64,000 bases of DNA from Nitrososphaerota archaeon (GCA_023379805.1 JAMCPI010000017.1:19977-83976); one strand, 5' to 3'; numbered from the stretch's first letter, positions 1 through 9,085 are shown. Program-made: numbers and translations. The notes: generated from the sequence alone by a model not told the origin.

Positions 1-831
1 AGGCTGATGCTTCTATCCGGGATAGGTAAGCCATACGATCCGGTCAAGATATCTGGTTCTGTGGGTAGGGCGCCTACGCTGGGTGATGGGCCCGCTGCTA
101 CGAGTGTCAGTGGTACCTTGAATATGGCTACGAACACGTATAGTTGTGGGAATCAGGCTGGGGGAGGTTATGTGATGCTGGATCTTGCTGATGACAACTT
201 TGATCATAAGGGGCAGAATTTCATAGGCGGTGCGCCTATCTCCTATGGGAACTTCTTGGGCGCAGGGCCGAATATGGTGACTGCTTTCAACCCCGGCAAA
301 ACCAGTTGGGGCAGCGCTTGGAAGAAGGGGTTGAAGGATATGAAGCTCCCAAGTAAGCTCACAGTTTCATTCGCGCCTACGGGGCCGGAGATACCTACTA
401 AAGATCAGTATGTTGGTCTTGACCCGCATTACAATGACATCTACGGTGATCCTGTGGCGAGGGTCACGATTAACTGGGGTGCGAATAGGTGGCGGGTAGC
501 TGATTACTTGGCTCCTAAGCTGCAGGAGATCTTGACGAAGATGGGTTGCACCGACATAAAGGTGAACAAGGTTCCTGAGTTGTCAAGTAAACCAGATCTC
601 TGGGCTGCTCATGTCAGGGACGGTGCTAGAACCGGTTCGAAGCCGGAGACCTCGGTGTTCAATAAATGGATGCAGAGCTGGGATGTCGAGAACGTGTTCG
701 CGTCAGGAGAAATATGCGACCCCTTCGGAGACAACATCACACCAGGTACACATCCTGTTGGAGCGATGGCTTATCTTGCTGCAGACGGTATACAGAAGTA
801 TCTTAAGAGCCCAGGGCCACTAGTGGCCTAA
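1..831 (+). CDS. GMC-type flavoprotein oxidoreductase, C-terminal portion (gene starts upstream of window)
   Basis: The frame is open to the window edge. The C-terminal block AAHVRDGARTGS...VENVFASGEICDPFGDNITPGTHPVGAMAYLAADGI resembles the catalytic-His end of GMC oxidoreductases (gluconate-2-dehydrogenase-like). Recognised from memory only. Confidence 0.5.
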   Translation, partial: RLMLLSGIGKPYDPVKISGSVGRAPTLGDGPAATSVSGTLNMATNTYSCGNQAGGGYVMLDLADDNFDHKGQNFIGGAPISYGNFLGAGPNMVTAFNPGKTSWGSAWKKGLKDMKLPSKLTVSFAPTGPEIPTKDQYVGLDPHYNDIYGDPVARVTINWGANRWRVADYLAPKLQEILTKMGCTDIKVNKVPELSSKPDLWAAHVRDGARTGSKPETSVFNKWMQSWDVENVFASGEICDPFGDNITPGTHPVGAMAYLAADGIQKYLKSPGPLVA

Positions 832-850
832 CCTAACATTACAGGAAGAA

Positions 851-905
851 GATCAGGAGGGTTAGAAGCAGTTGGAGCTGTTTAGCTTCTTCTAACCTGC
901 TGATC
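851..905 (+). terminator. Imperfect hairpin downstream of the GMC-like gene
   Basis: GATCAGGAGGGTTAGAAGC (851-869) is largely complementary to GCTTCTTCTAACCTGCTGATC (885-905), 20 nt after the stop codon. Confidence 0.3.
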
Positions 906-1324
906 CTCATCTGCAAGTTTGTCTTGGATTCAAATGTATGTTCTGAATAGTTGTATGCGGAAACAGGTTACTGTGCAGATGTGGTTATGCTCAGCTGTTT
1001 TTCTATAATTGCATTATCCCTCTTCGCGCACGCACGCGTGCTGCAGATACTAGGGGGAGGATCTAAATACTCTTGAAATGTGCGTAGGAATTGATCTGTT
1101 GTTCTAAGCGATCTGCTTGGACTAAAGCTAAGGGCTTGCAGTGCTTGCTAAAAGCGTTGTTTTGGGTTGCAAGATTATCCCAGAAGAACGTTGGTTGAAT
1201 CTATCTTAGAATTGTATGTGCTGTTGATCGTTGTCTTGTTTATTGTATTGGATTGGTGGAGTTTATGTAGGGCTAGATAGGTGTGTATTTAGCGGGGTTT
1301 AGTTGATGGACGGCATTACCGGCG

Positions 1325-2056
1325 GTGGTTGTTGTTTTGACTGAGGGTGCGTTTAACGCGGTGGTTGGTAAGCTTCGTTCGGATCCGGTGTTTCTCGGGT
1401 CGTGTATTTTTAATTTGGAGGCTGCGTTGAAGGGTGAGGGGTTTGATCTTGATGCTGCGGAGTTGGATAATGTCAGGGCGTTTATTGTTAGTTTGGTGGT
1501 TCCTGATTTTGCTCAGCTTCAGGTTGCGTTTAAGGAGGCTAAGAATCAGGGTGTGAGCATAAAGGAGTATTTTGAGGCTCGCCGTGAGCTTTACCTGGAT
1601 TACTCAACAAAGTTCTCCTATGACACTATTCTTGAGGCTACGGATCAGATGAAGAAGGCGTTCAGCGTCTCGCTGTGGATGCATCGCATCACCTTCTACA
1701 CCGGCATATTCCTGATCTTCGCGGCGGTGTACGCCGGGTTCCAGCGGCTAGATCTTTTAGCAGGCGCTTTGGGTCTCGGTGGCTTAGCTGACATCTCTTA
1801 CCATTTCTATAAGAAGCCAGTTGAAGGGGTACAGAAAAGCATAGGGAACCTAGTTCAAATTCAATCCGCCTTCCTAGGCTTCATCAACGAACTAGCCTAC
1901 TGGAAAGGATTCGCAGGCAGCACTGACATACAGAAGAATATTCAGGTCACAAAGTCGCTGCGTGAACTCACCGAGAAAACGATGAAACTAATAGAACAGT
2001 ACATAGAGACTGAACCCCCGACTTCTAAGCAACCCTCCACAGAAACCAGCGAGTAA
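1325..2056 (+). CDS. Hypothetical membrane protein (two central TM helices)
   Basis: 243-aa ORF. Hydrophobic stretches ITFYTGIFLIFAAVYAGF and LLAGALGLGGLADI are flanked by predicted helical regions. No family recognised. Confidence 0.45.
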   Translation: MVVVLTEGAFNAVVGKLRSDPVFLGSCIFNLEAALKGEGFDLDAAELDNVRAFIVSLVVPDFAQLQVAFKEAKNQGVSIKEYFEARRELYLDYSTKFSYDTILEATDQMKKAFSVSLWMHRITFYTGIFLIFAAVYAGFQRLDLLAGALGLGGLADISYHFYKKPVEGVQKSIGNLVQIQSAFLGFINELAYWKGFAGSTDIQKNIQVTKSLRELTEKTMKLIEQYIETEPPTSKQPSTETSE

Positions 2057-2296
2057 AAATGATAAAGTAGAAAACCTGTGAATAAACTGATCCTCACGCA
2101 AGAATCAGTGATCTAATGATACAGTTTTAAAGAGCTTAGGCTTCTTCATCGTCGAAATGTTCTGTTGGCTAGGCGGCTAGTTGGTTGGGTGAATGGGTTA
2201 TGGTGGTTTTAGCTGAGTCGTCGTAGAGGTGGTGGGAGTTCTGTTGTTGTTAGGCGGTGTAAGAAGTGGATTGCCGAGTCTGTTGTTTCTGGTGAT

Positions 2297-2755
2297 GTGT
2301 TTAGCCGGGTTGATTGGGATAGTGAGATTGATCCGTGTTTGAGTTTTAATGAGAATGTGAGTTTGCTGCTTACACGGTTTCCTGAGGCTTTCCGGGTTGA
2401 TGCTGCTGATGCGTATTATAACAGGGTGAAGCAGATTGTGTTTATCGCTCCACTTATTGAGAAGATTCTTCGCGGAGAAGTCCAGTGCACATACAGGACG
2501 ACACCGAAACATGGCTACTACTATGTAATGCACAGCCGCTTCGTAAAAGCACACCTCAAAGAACCTCAATGCGTAATCGAGGTGTACAAGACTGAGCAGA
2601 TAGATCCGTACAAACTTACTGAGCAAGATGCGCAGCTCGCAGGGCTCACCCGAAGCGAAATACTCCGGTGGTTCCGGCAATGGTATGGGCAGAACCTACC
2701 TTTGATGTGGAGAAACTGGTTCCAAGTGAGAAAAGAGTTGTCAGAAGGGGGTTAG
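2297..2755 (+). CDS. Hypothetical protein, possibly ASCH/PUA-like
   Basis: 152-aa ORF with a GTG start. Preferred over the antisense ORF 2198-2680, whose product is low-complexity. The pattern LRGEVQCTYRTTPKHGYYYV...LTEQDAQLAGLTRSEILRWFRQWYG is reminiscent of ASCH domains. Weak call. Confidence 0.4.
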   Translation: MFSRVDWDSEIDPCLSFNENVSLLLTRFPEAFRVDAADAYYNRVKQIVFIAPLIEKILRGEVQCTYRTTPKHGYYYVMHSRFVKAHLKEPQCVIEVYKTEQIDPYKLTEQDAQLAGLTRSEILRWFRQWYGQNLPLMWRNWFQVRKELSEGG

Positions 2756-2844
2756 CTAGCTATTAGTTTGAGTGGATTTGGCTGATGGCCAGTTTCTGGG
2801 TTCCCTGCGATAAATGAGTGTTGAGGGTTGCAGGTATTTAATTG

Positions 2845-2955
2845 GAGTTGGGCGTTCGATGCAGACGTTTGGCTCTTGCGCCTATGGGGTAATATGACCA
2901 GCTTGTCTCGGGCCGCCACAACTCTATCTTGTGGCACCCTAGCTACGAAGCGCGT
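2845..2955 (-). ncRNA. Copy A of the ~100-nt conserved intergenic element (candidate structured RNA)
   Basis: The reverse complement aligns with 19293-19410: CGCTTCGTAGCT(A)GGGTGC...GAGTTGTGGCGGCC...CTGGTCA...CCCCA. A TATA-like TTTTTATAAT (reverse complement of 2964-2974) lies about 20 nt upstream on the minus strand. The hairpin arm is less well paired than in the other copies. Confidence 0.35.
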
Positions 2956-3005
2956 ATTTAGTTATTATAAAAAAGAGCCTACTTACGCATAGACGCATTT
3001 CTCAC

Positions 3006-3320
3006 TCACGTGGCGCCAAGTTGTCTGAGGAATTGCTTTCCTAAGCTGGTGAGTTGGTAGAATGAGTAGCCGTCTTTTCCTTCGATTTTTCTGTAGTGGT
3101 TCTCCACAAGTCCCGCTTTCATCAGGATCTTAAGGTGGTGGGTGAGGGTGCTGGTGTTCATAGGTTTGACTTGCAGCAGAAGCTCTTTGAAGGAGAGCTC
3201 TCCTTTTTCGGCTAGCATCACCGCTAAACCTTGTCTTGAAGGTTCGCTGAGGGCTTCTATCATGGCTCTTGCCTCCTGCGGAATCTTCTCTTTGTACTTG
3301 GTTATTATTGCGGAACCCAT
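3006..3320 (-). CDS. ArsR-family winged-helix transcriptional regulator
   Basis: 104 aa. The pattern ALSEPSRQGLAVMLAEKGELSFKELLLQV...STLTHHLKILMKAGLVE...YYQLT is the typical ArsR/SmtB HTH plus wing. Confidence 0.8.
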   Translation of the reverse strand: MGSAIITKYKEKIPQEARAMIEALSEPSRQGLAVMLAEKGELSFKELLLQVKPMNTSTLTHHLKILMKAGLVENHYRKIEGKDGYSFYQLTSLGKQFLRQLGAT

Positions 3321-3347
3321 TTTATTTTATTCCCGGATTGTTTGAAT

Positions 3348-3406
3348 GTTGTCTACACATATAAAGTTGATGGTTATCAACTTCTATTGATATAGATGTA
3401 GACAAC
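3348..3406. promoter_or_regulatory. Nested palindromic operator in the divergent ArsR / 3451 promoter region
   Basis: The outer perfect 10-bp inverted repeat is GTTGTCTACA (3348-3357) / TGTAGACAAC (3397-3406). The inner repeat is AAGTTGAT-ggtt-ATCAACTT (3364-3383). It is located 28 bp upstream of the ArsR start codon. Confidence 0.5.
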
Positions 3407-3450
3407 TTTAATCTTCACTGGAGAAGCATACGCGGTGGTCTAGTTTTGCT

Positions 3451-4047
3451 TTGAGGAACAGCCCAAACGAGAAGTTGTTGGATGAGAAAGAGGCTGGAAG
3501 ATGGCTAGCCGAGATTCTTCACCGAAAGGCTTCTCTAAAGATTGGAGTCTATGGCTCGTACTATCCTGCTCCTGAATTAAGAAGGCTCGAAAGACTCCGC
3601 GACGCATTGAAAAGTGAAGGCTACACCCAGACCTATCTAGTGAAGAATCTGCCTGATCTTACCGATTTCAGAGACGACTTCGATAAGAGCGTCTTCGCAC
3701 TAGAAAGATCAAACGTAAACCTCTTCATCCTGACCTTTAAGGGGCAGAAACAGGGTGCCGTAAGAGAGCTGGATTACGTTCTCAGAAACCCTAAGCATGT
3801 GTTCAAGTGCACAGTCTTCATCGAGAAAGAAGCTGCTACTAGCAGGGGCAAACTCAGCGAGGGAAAAAGAAGAAGGTGCATAACAACCTTGCTTGAAGAC
3901 GATCTCAGGGCTGTGAATATGAGAGTTGCAGAGTTCGATCAAGAGGATAATAATGATGATGAACTTCTTGCTATGGTACGAGGTACACTCCTTGACTACC
4001 TTTACTACTTCCTAAGAAATCGTCCAGAAGATCTTAAAGAAGGCTGA
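3451..4047 (+). CDS. Hypothetical Rossmannoid protein (TIR-like / SLOG-like pattern)
   Basis: 198 aa. Strand-helix pattern: KIGVYGSYY, then helix LRRLERLRDALKSEGY, then TYLVKNL, then SVFALERSNVNLFILT...GQKQGAVRELDYVL. It parallels the TIR/nucleoside-deoxyribosyltransferase-like layout. By-eye call only. Confidence 0.4.
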   Translation: MRNSPNEKLLDEKEAGRWLAEILHRKASLKIGVYGSYYPAPELRRLERLRDALKSEGYTQTYLVKNLPDLTDFRDDFDKSVFALERSNVNLFILTFKGQKQGAVRELDYVLRNPKHVFKCTVFIEKEAATSRGKLSEGKRRRCITTLLEDDLRAVNMRVAEFDQEDNNDDELLAMVRGTLLDYLYYFLRNRPEDLKEG

Positions 4048-4247
4048 AGAAGTAAGAGGGTTCCGCTGTGTCTCTTGCTGAAGTAGAAGACAGCGAGAGC
4101 GTCTAGTGCGTTTATGGCGCAGTGTATTGATGCTGTTACCGCTGCGTTATTCTTAGATGCGTTGGCTGCGTATTTCGCGACTTCCAGTATTTCTTCTGCT
4201 TTCTACAGATAGTTCTTGTAGAGTCCTTTATCGACTGGCCTTACCAT
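4005..4247 (-). pseudogene. Decayed HEPN-like toxin remnant downstream of the MNT gene
   Basis: The ATG at 4247 overlaps the MNT 3' end by 20 nt. The reading is MVRPVDKGLYKNYL, then an in-frame TAG (4205-4203), then KAEEILEVAKYAANASKNNAAVTASIHCAINALDALAVFYFSKRHSG. This is helical and HEPN-like, but no R-x4-6-H motif is present. The 3' end runs into the convergent gene 3451-4047. Confidence 0.35.
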
Positions 4248-4854
4248 GCTTAATGATCTCCTTTAGATCTTTTCCAGAGACGAGTGTATAGGATTCTAGG
4301 ATTGATTTTTCAAGGTCTCTATCACTTTCTTGAATGAAACGTTCTTTGCTCATAATCAGAGGTGATGGTGCAAAACCAAACTTGGAGGTGGTGGCGTCGC
4401 TTGCTCTTGAGACACATTCATTCGCGAATTCCCTGTCCTCTGCGATTACAAGGAGATCAATGTCGCTGGATTCCTTTTCCATGCCCTTTGCTACGCTTCC
4501 GAAGATTGCGACCGTGGAAATTCTTTTGTCTTTGTTGAAGAAGGGTTTGATTGTCGATATTAGAGCGCCTACTGTGTTCTCCTCCGCTCGGAATAATGGT
4601 TCGATCACCGATTTCAAAATGTAGCTCTCCTCGTTCAAACTTACTTGGTAGGCTCTTCCGACAGGTTGAAGCCTTACTACACCTCTTTTCTCAAGCGTCT
4701 TGAGCACCTTTGATGTCTCAGGGTGTGAAAGACCAGCAGTCTTGGCCAGTTCTCTTATTGTGAAAATCTTGCCTCTGAAGCGGAGAAGCGTTTTGAGTAC
4801 ACGAAAACTAGCCTTGCTACCTAGAATCTCGATTGTGTAGTTATGCAGTGCCAC
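4228..4854 (-). CDS. Winged-helix + minimal nucleotidyltransferase (MNT-type antitoxin-like)
   Basis: The N-terminal wHTH is FTIRELAKTAGLSHPETSKVLKTLEKRGVV. The NTase signature is FGSVAKGMEKESSDIDLLV (GS-x9-DxD). Confidence 0.8.
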   Translation of the reverse strand: MALHNYTIEILGSKASFRVLKTLLRFRGKIFTIRELAKTAGLSHPETSKVLKTLEKRGVVRLQPVGRAYQVSLNEESYILKSVIEPLFRAEENTVGALISTIKPFFNKDKRISTVAIFGSVAKGMEKESSDIDLLVIAEDREFANECVSRASDATTSKFGFAPSPLIMSKERFIQESDRDLEKSILESYTLVSGKDLKEIIKHGKASR

Positions 4855-5047
4855 AGCAACCCTTAGTAGGTTGAGGTAGAAAAACTTTCCATATGGTAAA
4901 ATATGTTACCATAAGGTATTCTACAAAAATACATTGCACAAGACACCATCTATTTGGGAGGAATTAGTTGGTTGCTCAGCCAGCCCCAAGCATTGCTATT
5001 CTAGTTGGATTAATCAACTTCTGATAAGGAAAATCGAAGATGTATTA

Positions 5048-7999
5048 TCAGTCGCCTATCCATTGCCTCAAGGACGACCCAATCTCATGATATAGCAGCA
5101 GCAGGTCATCTGTGTTGATCTTGATGCCAATCGCATTCAGAAATGCCTTGTCCAGCTCAACACGCAGCTCATCAACCTTGCCAGCAGAACCATACTGCTC
5201 CGGTAATCTTGTAAGCTGCTTGTCCTTGAACTCATCAAATATGGTGGCCAGCTTAGCTACCTGTCGTTTTGTCAGCTTGTCTATGTCCAATACTGGCAGC
5301 ATTCTCCACTGTGACTGCTTAAGTCTCACAAAGGCTCCTTGAGTTTCCTCTCTGCTTGCTAGAACAGTGAGTATGCCCCAAGTGGTGCTAAACCACAAGC
5401 AAAGTGCTTTGAGCCTTTCATGACTCTCATCCTTGAGCCGCACAGCATAGAAGATGTTTGATATGACTCGCTCCTCGGAAAACAGAGCGACTACATGGGC
5501 GGTATCAACCCTTATTCTGTCAGGTACAAGCAGGTTACCTGCGACCTGCTGGTATGTCTTCTTACCGCTTTCTCTAATCGTAACAGCATAGGCGTTAGGA
5601 GCTGCTTTCATCATCATCCTTTGTGCCTCCTCGCCTCCACGAAGTATCTTTAGGCCACCGGGAAGCTCTGCATCCACCATCTGATACGTGTCTGCGAACC
5701 TGTGTGCGTCTACTCCTATGGTCTCTATAAGCTCGTTGAACTTAACCAGAGGTAGCTCGATGTTCTGGCTTCCTATCTTCAATTTGCCGTCTAGCAGATG
5801 GACAACTTCCTCCATTATCTCAATGTCAGGAAGGAATGTGAACCGTCCCCAGTTATCCAAGTTATCAAGTAGTTTACTTCGCTCAATTGTGGTGAGAAAC
5901 GCTTTCGACTCTCCTGCCTGTACAAACCCCTCGGTTTTTCCCTCAATGCTTTTCGAGAGAGCAATAGCTTCTATACTGGTTCTAGGCTTCTTCAACAAGG
6001 TTACGAAGGTGGTCTTCTCATCACTCTTGTTGCCATCGCCGATGTTGTGTGCCTGCACCTTCTGAGCTATGAATAGACACTCGCTTAGACTTGTTGACTC
6101 GGAGAAGTTGTTCGCATTAGGCTCATAGCTAACGACGACGTATTGAAGATGGTACTTGGCGGCAAGCAAAGCCCTTACCAGAAACCAAGATATGCCGCTC
6201 AACAGGTTTTTGGGGAGAACAAAGCACAGCTTTCCATCCTTCTTCAAGCGCATATCCGCGAGGAAAAGGAATAGTAGGCCCTCTCCAGCCTGCCATATCT
6301 GCCTGTAAGGCTGAAACTCCTTATCAATGAGTAGTGGTTTAAGGCTCGTACCTTTGAGCATCTTTGTGGCGGTTTTCTCAAGGCTCTCCCTAATCTCGTC
6401 TCTTAGCAGTCCGTAATTCTCCAAGACTGCTTGACGAGACTTCTCCTCGCCGATAAAGCCAAACAGGCCACCACCAGCTCTGCCGCCTCGCCCAGTTGTT
6501 CTAGCGAACGGAGGGTTCATCGCAATAAGATCAAAAGGCTCAAGATGGAGAAGTTCTATCATCATCTCCTTCTCCTTCTTTTTGAGTCCTGTCTTAGTTA
6601 CCTCACCGAATATCTGGTCAAAGTTGCTGGTTAGTCTGGCAAGCTCTAGCGAACCCAAGGAGACCGATCGATCTTCCTCTCTATATCCCAGAGGAAAGGT
6701 GTAGACAGAAGAGAAGTCCTGCAGGGCTGTGCCCGGGCTGTGGAGAGATAGGTTCAGAGCAGTTATCTGCGTAGCGTACTCCAAGACATCAAAAGCGTGA
6801 CAGGACTTGATGAACTCGGTGTGGAAATCATTCTCAATCTCTCTTGGGCTTTTGTCGCTGCCTGACTTCAGCAGTTCAAGACGATAGTTGGCGTTAGCAG
6901 CACTATAGGCTGCGACCATCAGGGTGCCGCTGCCACAGGCAAAATCAGCAATTCTTGACAGCTTGGGTTTAGCTAGGTACAGTAGAAGATAGGCAGCCGG
7001 TATCTGGGTGTAGAAGGTAGCTAATCCTTTCTTGAGCGCCCAGTCACCGACAACCCGGTGATAGACCTTCCCAGCCAAGTCTCTTCTAAGCAGCGCCTTC
7101 TTTGATGATATTTCGGTGGCAAGAGATATGAGTTTAGTGAACTGTATGGAGAGCGGAGGAAACGACTTCAGCATGTCCTCGATTACTCTGAATATAGGCT
7201 CATAGTTAATGCCGAGAATATCGTGGGTTGCCTGCTCAACCGCCTGTTGCGGGCCCTTGGCCTTGGCAAGAGCATCTAGCGAGTCAAGTTGGTGAGCGTA
7301 TCTTACAGACTCGTAATAGACACTGCTTAAGAGAGTAGCCAGAGTTGCTTGAGCAAATATAGCCTCCTTGATCTCTACCGGGTCGCCGATTGAGAAGCCG
7401 TACAGCCTGTAAATCACGCTGTATAGGTTCTTCGCAACTATATCGCTGTCCTGATGATAGGAGAGGGCGTCCACGAAATCTTGGACGAGGCTACCCACAT
7501 CTTCCTCTGCCTTCCTTACGCTGTCCTCGCTGATTATGAACTGCGCAATCTCTTTGATGAGCGACGCTAGCGAGTTTAGATTCAGCTCGTGCCAGTCATC
7601 AATAGGCCTAGCTAGGATGTTCTTGTTGTGCAGTGCAACTAGCAGTGTGTCTGAGATGTCTTCAGGAACAACCACCCTGACAGACAAATCTATCTGCTGC
7701 AGCTTGTCTTCAATCTCGCTTTCAGTCAAGTCCTGTGGGAACTCATCTGGCGGATAATTGATGGCTATTGCAACGTCGGCAGCTAGCTGCTCAACCCTTT
7801 TTTTAGCATCATTCTCAGCATCCTTCCGATCATATGAGCCTTCTAAGACTATTGCAATCCCTTGACGGTAGATCAGCACGTCTTTCCTGCCCTGACTCAG
7901 GTGTTCACTATGAGAGATTACCCCAATTTGGTTTAGTAACTTTGAGAGCAATATGTTTAGTTTGGACTCAAAAGCTGCCTTTTGCTGCTGATCTGGCAT
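5048..7999 (-). CDS. Type IIG/IIL-like single-chain restriction-modification protein (N6-adenine MTase fusion)
   Basis: 983 aa. MTase motif I is ADFACGSGTLMVAAY and motif IV is LIAMNPPFARTTG (gamma-class order). The N-terminal GRKDVLIYRQGIAIVLEGSY resembles an HsdR_N / PD-(D/E)xK core but reads E-G-S instead of E-x-K. A long C-terminal region is compatible with a target-recognition domain. Confidence 0.7.
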   Translation of the reverse strand: MPDQQQKAAFESKLNILLSKLLNQIGVISHSEHLSQGRKDVLIYRQGIAIVLEGSYDRKDAENDAKKRVEQLAADVAIAINYPPDEFPQDLTESEIEDKLQQIDLSVRVVVPEDISDTLLVALHNKNILARPIDDWHELNLNSLASLIKEIAQFIISEDSVRKAEEDVGSLVQDFVDALSYHQDSDIVAKNLYSVIYRLYGFSIGDPVEIKEAIFAQATLATLLSSVYYESVRYAHQLDSLDALAKAKGPQQAVEQATHDILGINYEPIFRVIEDMLKSFPPLSIQFTKLISLATEISSKKALLRRDLAGKVYHRVVGDWALKKGLATFYTQIPAAYLLLYLAKPKLSRIADFACGSGTLMVAAYSAANANYRLELLKSGSDKSPREIENDFHTEFIKSCHAFDVLEYATQITALNLSLHSPGTALQDFSSVYTFPLGYREEDRSVSLGSLELARLTSNFDQIFGEVTKTGLKKKEKEMMIELLHLEPFDLIAMNPPFARTTGRGGRAGGGLFGFIGEEKSRQAVLENYGLLRDEIRESLEKTATKMLKGTSLKPLLIDKEFQPYRQIWQAGEGLLFLFLADMRLKKDGKLCFVLPKNLLSGISWFLVRALLAAKYHLQYVVVSYEPNANNFSESTSLSECLFIAQKVQAHNIGDGNKSDEKTTFVTLLKKPRTSIEAIALSKSIEGKTEGFVQAGESKAFLTTIERSKLLDNLDNWGRFTFLPDIEIMEEVVHLLDGKLKIGSQNIELPLVKFNELIETIGVDAHRFADTYQMVDAELPGGLKILRGGEEAQRMMMKAAPNAYAVTIRESGKKTYQQVAGNLLVPDRIRVDTAHVVALFSEERVISNIFYAVRLKDESHERLKALCLWFSTTWGILTVLASREETQGAFVRLKQSQWRMLPVLDIDKLTKRQVAKLATIFDEFKDKQLTRLPEQYGSAGKVDELRVELDKAFLNAIGIKINTDDLLLLYHEIGSSLRQWIGD

Positions 8000-8170
8000 C
8001 TTCGCACCGATTATTCAGCTGGATGGATAATAAGTTTGATCCCGGCTCCGTTAAATTGTAGGTTGATTGAGAGTGAAATCTATCCAGCTTCCGTCGATAA
8101 CTTGACGGTGTCAGATGTGGTAAAGATTTTATAGTGTTCGTAGTCACTTGGGCAAACGGGATTTGGTGTT

Positions 8171-9085
8171 ATGAGTAGTCGTGCTGATTATGTTTGGATG
8201 AATGGGGAGTTTGTTCGTTGGGATGATGCTAAGGTTCATGTGTTAACTCATGCTCTTCACTATGGTACAGCGGTTTTCGAGGGGATTCGCGCCTATCCTT
8301 CAAAGGATAATGTGAACATCTTCAGGCTTCTCGACCATATGCGGAGAATGATTCAATCAGCCCGAGTCTACTACATCGACCACAAATACACAGTGGAAGA
8401 CCTAGCCAAAGCCACCGTTGAGCTAGTCAAGAAGAACAATCTCCACTCACGAGTCTATATCCGCCCGATCATCTACGTAGGCTACAAGAGCATCGGCCTA
8501 AACTTCACAGGCTTCCCAATCGAAGCCGCCATACTCGCGATCCCCTACGAAAACTACTTCGAAAACCCGCAGCTAAGGCTCCGAACCTCCTCGTGGAGAA
8601 GATTCTCGGAACAGTCCACTCCACCGTTGGCTAAAGCGGCTGGAAACTACCTGAACTCAGTACTCGCGAAGCTGGAGGCGGTTAAAGACGGCTACGACGA
8701 CGCAGTCATGATGGACATGGACGGATTTGTTAGTGAGGGAACTGGTGAAAACATCTTCATCGTAAACGGAGACGAGCTAGTCACACCTCCATACTCATCA
8801 TCCATATTGAGAGGTATCACAAGAGACACTGTCACGAAGCTGGCTCCAGACCTAGGACTCAAAGTGGTAGAGCGACGCATTTCACGCTTCGAACTGTTCA
8901 ACGCAGATGAAGCCTTCTTCTCAGGAACCGCTGCGGAAATCGCTCCAATCGTCGAAGTGGATCGAAGAAAAATCGGCGACGGCAAACCCGGCAAAACAAC
9001 ACTGAAAATCAGCACCACCTACCGCGATCTAGTCACAGGCAAAACCCCAAGCAAACACAAAGAATGGCTAACACCCGTCTACTAA
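8171..9085 (+). CDS. ilvE: Branched-chain amino acid aminotransferase (class IV)
   Basis: 304 aa. The motifs HALHYGTAVFEGIRAY, KAAGNYLNSVLAK, EGTGENIFIV and LRGITRD are typical IlvE motifs. Confidence 0.9.
   Translation: MSSRADYVWMNGEFVRWDDAKVHVLTHALHYGTAVFEGIRAYPSKDNVNIFRLLDHMRRMIQSARVYYIDHKYTVEDLAKATVELVKKNNLHSRVYIRPIIYVGYKSIGLNFTGFPIEAAILAIPYENYFENPQLRLRTSSWRRFSEQSTPPLAKAAGNYLNSVLAKLEAVKDGYDDAVMMDMDGFVSEGTGENIFIVNGDELVTPPYSSSILRGITRDTVTKLAPDLGLKVVERRISRFELFNADEAFFSGTAAEIAPIVEVDRRKIGDGKPGKTTLKISTTYRDLVTGKTPSKHKEWLTPVY

Noticed and set aside
840-1324. A ~480-bp ORF-free G/T-rich region with a short GCACGCGTGC palindrome.
   Set aside because: I could recognise no repeat partner, RNA-family signature or conserved motif. 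It probably holds only the promoter/UTR of the downstream gene.
1325-1500. The N-terminus of ORF 1325-2056 (GKLRSDPVFL...LEAALKGEGFDLDAAELDNV), which resembles Nif11/NHLP-type leader domains.
   Set aside because: The resemblance is loose and based only on a common helical pattern. No GG cleavage motif, core peptide or maturation genes are nearby.
2198-2680. 160-aa minus-strand ORF overlapping 2297-2755.
   Set aside because: It has a Pro/Thr/Asn low-complexity C-terminus and no motifs. The plus-strand ORF has more protein-like composition. Neither call is strong.
2752-2937. 61-aa minus-strand ORF.
   Set aside because: It coincides with copy A of the conserved intergenic element, whose other copies have no conserved reading frame.
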